Shown: piece after piece, positions 60,507 through 64,000 of the stretch
Layout: every line of letters begins with the position of its first letter
How positions within the stretch are numbered: the stretch's first letter is position 1
From: Candidatus Binatia bacterium
GTDB taxonomy: Bacteria > Desulfobacterota > Binatia > UBA9968 > CAXXLF01
Assembly: GCA_963664015.2 (NCBI GenBank)
Contig: CAXXLF010000002.1
Location: forward strand, 832,001-896,000
DNA length: 64,000 nucleotides
Direction: 5' to 3'
Translations under genes and position numbers: made by a program
Notes under the pieces: generated by a model
Seen by the model: the letters and a program-made list of their open reading frames with translations, nothing else
Database searches by the model: none
What the model was told of the DNA's origin: nothing

Positions 60507-61562
60507 TCAGTCCCCGGATTCCTCCCGATAGAGCTCTACGGCTTTCAGCAGAGGCGCATCCGTGACGCTGAACAGAATAGTCTCGTCTTTGACGAGATTT
60601 CGGTGGCTGTGCCGGGCCCAATTGGGAACCACAAACCCGTCTCCCTTGGACCAGCGCAGAACCTGATCCCCGACGTGGGTTTCCCCTTCACCTTGAACCA
60701 CGTAATAGACGGCGCCGGAAGTATGACGGTGCGCCTTGGTTTGTTCCGCCCCCCTCAGCATCTGGATATGACACCCAATAGTGGGAAAGGCCGGACCGCC
60801 GGTGATGGGATTAACGTATTCCAGGATAACCCCATCATAGGGGCTCCCCTCTTTAGCCGCCAACCGCTTGAGCGTCTCGTAAGTGTCTTTCCATTTATAC
60901 GCAACGGGCACCCCGACCCTGGCCTCAACGGTGCTCCACTGGGGCCGCGCCCAACCAACCCGCAACCGGGTACTGTCCGCCTCTTCTACCATCTCCTGCC
61001 CTTCGGTTGGTGACTGCTCGTAAAAAATGGCATTAGTGTTTCTTACAAAGGGAGTGTCAATGGCGTCCAACCAGATGGGATAGTCATCAGTCGGGTTCTC
61101 ATGATGGTGCCACGCGCCTTGGGGAGTGAGAATTAGGTCATTGTCCTCCATGTAGAATTTCTCGCCGTTTACCACCGTGTAAACATTGGGATTACCTTTG
61201 ACCACGAACCTCAAAGCAGACATGGTATGACGGTGCGCCCAGGCGGCCTCCTGGGGCCGCAGCATCTGCATCCCGACGCGCACCGACAGAATGGTCCCCT
61301 TGGAGGGCAATGCGGGGTTAGTGAACAGGATACTGCGCCGCCCGCCCTCCTTCAGCCCCAGCACCTCACAGGCCTGGCGCATCATGTTGAGCATCATGGG
61401 CCACTTCCATATATGAGGGACGCCACCGGGACTTGGCTCCGGCTGGCGTGGAATCTGCCATTCCCCGACTAGGTGAGCCGCTTCCAGTTCCTGCTCGAAG
61501 CTCTTCAAGCCCTCCGTTTGATCGGATAGAACATAGGCCCCGTCTTGGACAATGTTAGCCAT
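60507..61562 (-). CDS. Gentisate 1,2-dioxygenase family bicupin ring-cleavage dioxygenase
   Basis: RR.I...NP.L, AHRHTMSALRF, LTPQGAWHHH.N, WLD.ID.P, EYVNP.TGGP, AHRHT. Confidence 0.88.
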   Translation of the reverse strand: MANIVQDGAYVLSDQTEGLKSFEQELEAAHLVGEWQIPRQPEPSPGGVPHIWKWPMMLNMMRQACEVLGLKEGGRRSILFTNPALPSKGTILSVRVGMQMLRPQEAAWAHRHTMSALRFVVKGNPNVYTVVNGEKFYMEDNDLILTPQGAWHHHENPTDDYPIWLDAIDTPFVRNTNAIFYEQSPTEGQEMVEEADSTRLRVGWARPQWSTVEARVGVPVAYKWKDTYETLKRLAAKEGSPYDGVILEYVNPITGGPAFPTIGCHIQMLRGAEQTKAHRHTSGAVYYVVQGEGETHVGDQVLRWSKGDGFVVPNWARHSHRNLVKDETILFSVTDAPLLKAVELYREESGD

Positions 61563-61704
61563 CGTATTGACCCCCTATCATTGATACGTCCCGCTTGTGC
61601 TACCTCGATCAGCCATCCGGTTCATTTTATGCAATTGGCGTCCACCCACAACTTTGATGGTTACCCCACGCCCCGGTCGCAGGGGGGGGGCACTTGACCC
61701 GATC

Positions 61705-63120
61705 CTATTTGAAGCCATAGTTCTTCCAGTTTTCATGGACGGTCTGGATGTACTTCCTTGGCATCCGTGAGACCTCTGGATAGGCGTGTTTACGGGTCGC
61801 ATCGATAGACACCTTGCTGCCGATCCTGCGCTGTGGATCGTGTTCGGGGATGTCGACCGGCGCCGTAGATGGATCCAGCCCGATGGAAATCACGTCGTTT
61901 GCCACCATGAGATCTTTCCCCGGTTGGGACCGAAAGCTCATAGCCCACTCCACCTCGAACGGGTCTCGTATATCGATATCGTCGTCCACAACAACCAGGT
62001 ACTTGGGTTCCTTGTTCATCAACGACCAGGTCGCCCAGGTCACTTCCTTGACCTGTTGGGAGTGCTCTTTGCGAAGCGCAACGATGATCCATCCTGTAGC
62101 GCCGCCGCTCTCCGGGAAATGCACATCCGTTACCGGCAATCCGAGCACACCGCTCAAATGCCGACGCAAGGCGGCTGCGCGCCCCACGCTGCGGATGCAG
62201 CTGGACTCGCTGGGCGGCATCTGGCTGAGAAAGGCTTGATAGACGGGACTGTGCCGCCGGGTCATGCAGGTCAATTCAATTACCGGGGCCAGCCCATGGA
62301 CCCCCATATAGCCGGTGTATTCTCCGAAGGGTCCTTCGTCCTCACGAACACCGTGCCGCATCACACCTTCCAGCACTATTTCCGCGTTGGCCGGTACCTC
62401 CAGGTCAACGGTTTCGCATTTCACCAAGGGTACCGGCTCGCCGCGAAGCCCGCCGGCGACTCGGTACTCGTCGATCCCGTACGCGAACTTCGTAACCGAC
62501 GCTAACGTAACCGTGGGGTCGGCACCGATTACGATGGCCACGGGCATATCCTTACCCATGGATTCGTACTTACGCAAATGCCGCATGGCGTGTTTTTCAT
62601 GGCCCATGTAAATCCCCAGACGATTCGGCCCCTTGACCTGCAACCGATAGGTCCCAATGTTCCGGTTGCCGGACTCGGGCTCTTTTGTAACTATCAGGGG
62701 CGCCGTGATATAGGGGCCTGGATCACGGCTTGGCGTCCAAATGGCATGGGGTAGAATCCCTATATCCAACTCCGAACCCTGGTAAATGACCTCTTTGCAC
62801 AGGCCCGTCTTAACGAGCTCCGGTTCGATGGGCTCTCGCTGAGCCCTTTCCCAGACTGCCGGGATCTGGTCGAGCGTGGTAGAAAGGGCCATCGCATAGA
62901 TTTCCGGCGACCCGCCGACTGTCCCTACGACCAACGGAAACTTGCTCTTACCCACATGATCGAAGCATAGGGCCGTACGTTCAGGCCACGAGAACCGCTC
63001 AAACATGTTCCGCGTGACAGCAGCTACTTCCCAGGTGGGATCGACTTCTCTCTTGATATGATGCAGCTTCCCGGCTTCCTCCAGACGAGCAAGGTATTCT
63101 TGTAAATTGCTATAAGCCAC
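61705..63120 (-). CDS. UbiD family decarboxylase
   Basis: RDPGPYIT, NIGTYRLQ, VPANAEIVLEG, EGPFGEYTGY, PPSES, LDPS, IDAT. Confidence 0.92.
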   Translation of the reverse strand: MAYSNLQEYLARLEEAGKLHHIKREVDPTWEVAAVTRNMFERFSWPERTALCFDHVGKSKFPLVVGTVGGSPEIYAMALSTTLDQIPAVWERAQREPIEPELVKTGLCKEVIYQGSELDIGILPHAIWTPSRDPGPYITAPLIVTKEPESGNRNIGTYRLQVKGPNRLGIYMGHEKHAMRHLRKYESMGKDMPVAIVIGADPTVTLASVTKFAYGIDEYRVAGGLRGEPVPLVKCETVDLEVPANAEIVLEGVMRHGVREDEGPFGEYTGYMGVHGLAPVIELTCMTRRHSPVYQAFLSQMPPSESSCIRSVGRAAALRRHLSGVLGLPVTDVHFPESGGATGWIIVALRKEHSQQVKEVTWATWSLMNKEPKYLVVVDDDIDIRDPFEVEWAMSFRSQPGKDLMVANDVISIGLDPSTAPVDIPEHDPQRRIGSKVSIDATRKHAYPEVSRMPRKYIQTVHENWKNYGFK

Positions 63121-63183
63121 CGTAAAAGAACCTCCTAGAAACGATCATCACAACGGGCATCCATCCAAGGGCACGGCCAAGGT

Positions 63184-64000
63184 TCAGGGCTCACCGTAGT
63201 ACCGTACAACATTGTCGTAGAGGATTTTTTTCTTTTGTCCATCGGTGAGGTCCTTGTTGTCAAGGATCTCTCCAGCAGCGTTGTCGCGCATCTCCGGGTG
63301 AGGCATGTCAGAAGCGAACATGAGGTTGTCCTCGCCCATGAGTTCGATCTCCGCTGTCAGCACTTCGTCATCCCCTTCGCAGGTGACGAAGAATTTACCC
63401 GACCGGACATATTCTACCACCCGCTTAGGCGGCGTATCCGTTGCCACCGGCGCACCGCGGCGCTGGGCCATCTTTCGGAAGCGCTCCATACGTGGGATCA
63501 CATAGAGGAGCCATTCGGATCCGAATTCCAAGAACGCGAACTTGAGACTCGGATAGCGGTCCATGAGCCCTCCCCCAATGACAGCGTAGAAGCCCAGATA
63601 GACGGGAAACGTCATGCCGATAAACTGTCCCGAGAACATGGTCCGGCTCAGGTCCCACAAGGGTGGATAGCTCATCCCGAAATGGATACTGAGAGGCAAC
63701 CCTGCGCGAGCCAACTCGTCGTAAACTGGATAAAAGAAAGGGTCCGAGAGAAGCCGGTCGCCGGCCGTGCCAAAGACCACCGCCGCGGTCGCTCCCAACT
63801 CTTTCATTTCCGCTATCGCGGCGCAGGCCTCTTTCGGATGCCTCATTGGGATGAGCCCTGCCCACTTGAGCCGCTTGGGATTCGCCTTGCAACTCCGTCC
63901 CATATAGCGATTGAACGACCGGTATATGGCAGCTTCCAGCTCAGGATCACTGCTCATCGTCGCATATAGGGTAGAGGGGTACATGACCGAATAGTCGATT
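63184..64000 (-). CDS. Amidohydrolase_2 family protein, 5' end outside the window
   Basis: IDYSVMYPS, FNRY, LSIH, FLEFG.EW, MFASDMPH, ILYDN..RYY. Confidence 0.88.
   Translation of the reverse strand, partial: IDYSVMYPSTLYATMSSDPELEAAIYRSFNRYMGRSCKANPKRLKWAGLIPMRHPKEACAAIAEMKELGATAAVVFGTAGDRLLSDPFFYPVYDELARAGLPLSIHFGMSYPPLWDLSRTMFSGQFIGMTFPVYLGFYAVIGGGLMDRYPSLKFAFLEFGSEWLLYVIPRMERFRKMAQRRGAPVATDTPPKRVVEYVRSGKFFVTCEGDDEVLTAEIELMGEDNLMFASDMPHPEMRDNAAGEILDNKDLTDGQKKKILYDNVVRYYGEP

Noticed and set aside
61670-61692. G9 run between the UbiD and dioxygenase genes as a phase-variation tract
   Set aside because: It is intergenic and can pair with the nearby C-runs as a simple hairpin; no promoter context is evident.

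Overview
This 64-kb bacterial chromosomal window is moderately GC-rich. Its gene content (multiple UbiD decarboxylases, amidohydrolase_2 proteins, class III CoA-transferases, orphan Mo-hydroxylase large subunits, a TctC-like protein, a Rieske oxygenase, nested palindromic repeats) resembles deltaproteobacteria-like lineages such as Ca. Binatia; this assignment is an inference only. Housekeeping genes are intact (ileS-lspA, clpS-clpA, ilvD, surE, pepF-like, rlpA, hslR, cinA-like). About a dozen accessory genes are decayed by in-frame stops, 1-bp indels and internal deletions. Four things stand out. (1) A SenB-type selenosugar synthase (TIGR04348-like) is co-oriented with a cytoplasmic GH84 O-GlcNAcase-like hydrolase, next to a divergent FGE-sulfatase-domain gene that is not a SenA; this is a candidate non-selenoneine selenosugar 'make/cleave' system. 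(2) A phthaloyl-CoA-decarboxylase-like UbiD lies divergent from a two-subunit CoA-transferase. (3) An amidohydrolase-UbiD-gentisate dioxygenase-PuuE-like-UbiD catabolic operon has no known substrate. (4) Several structured intergenic elements are present. No rRNA, tRNA, CRISPR array or intact transposase was recognised. All family calls come from motif recognition and memory, not from database searches.
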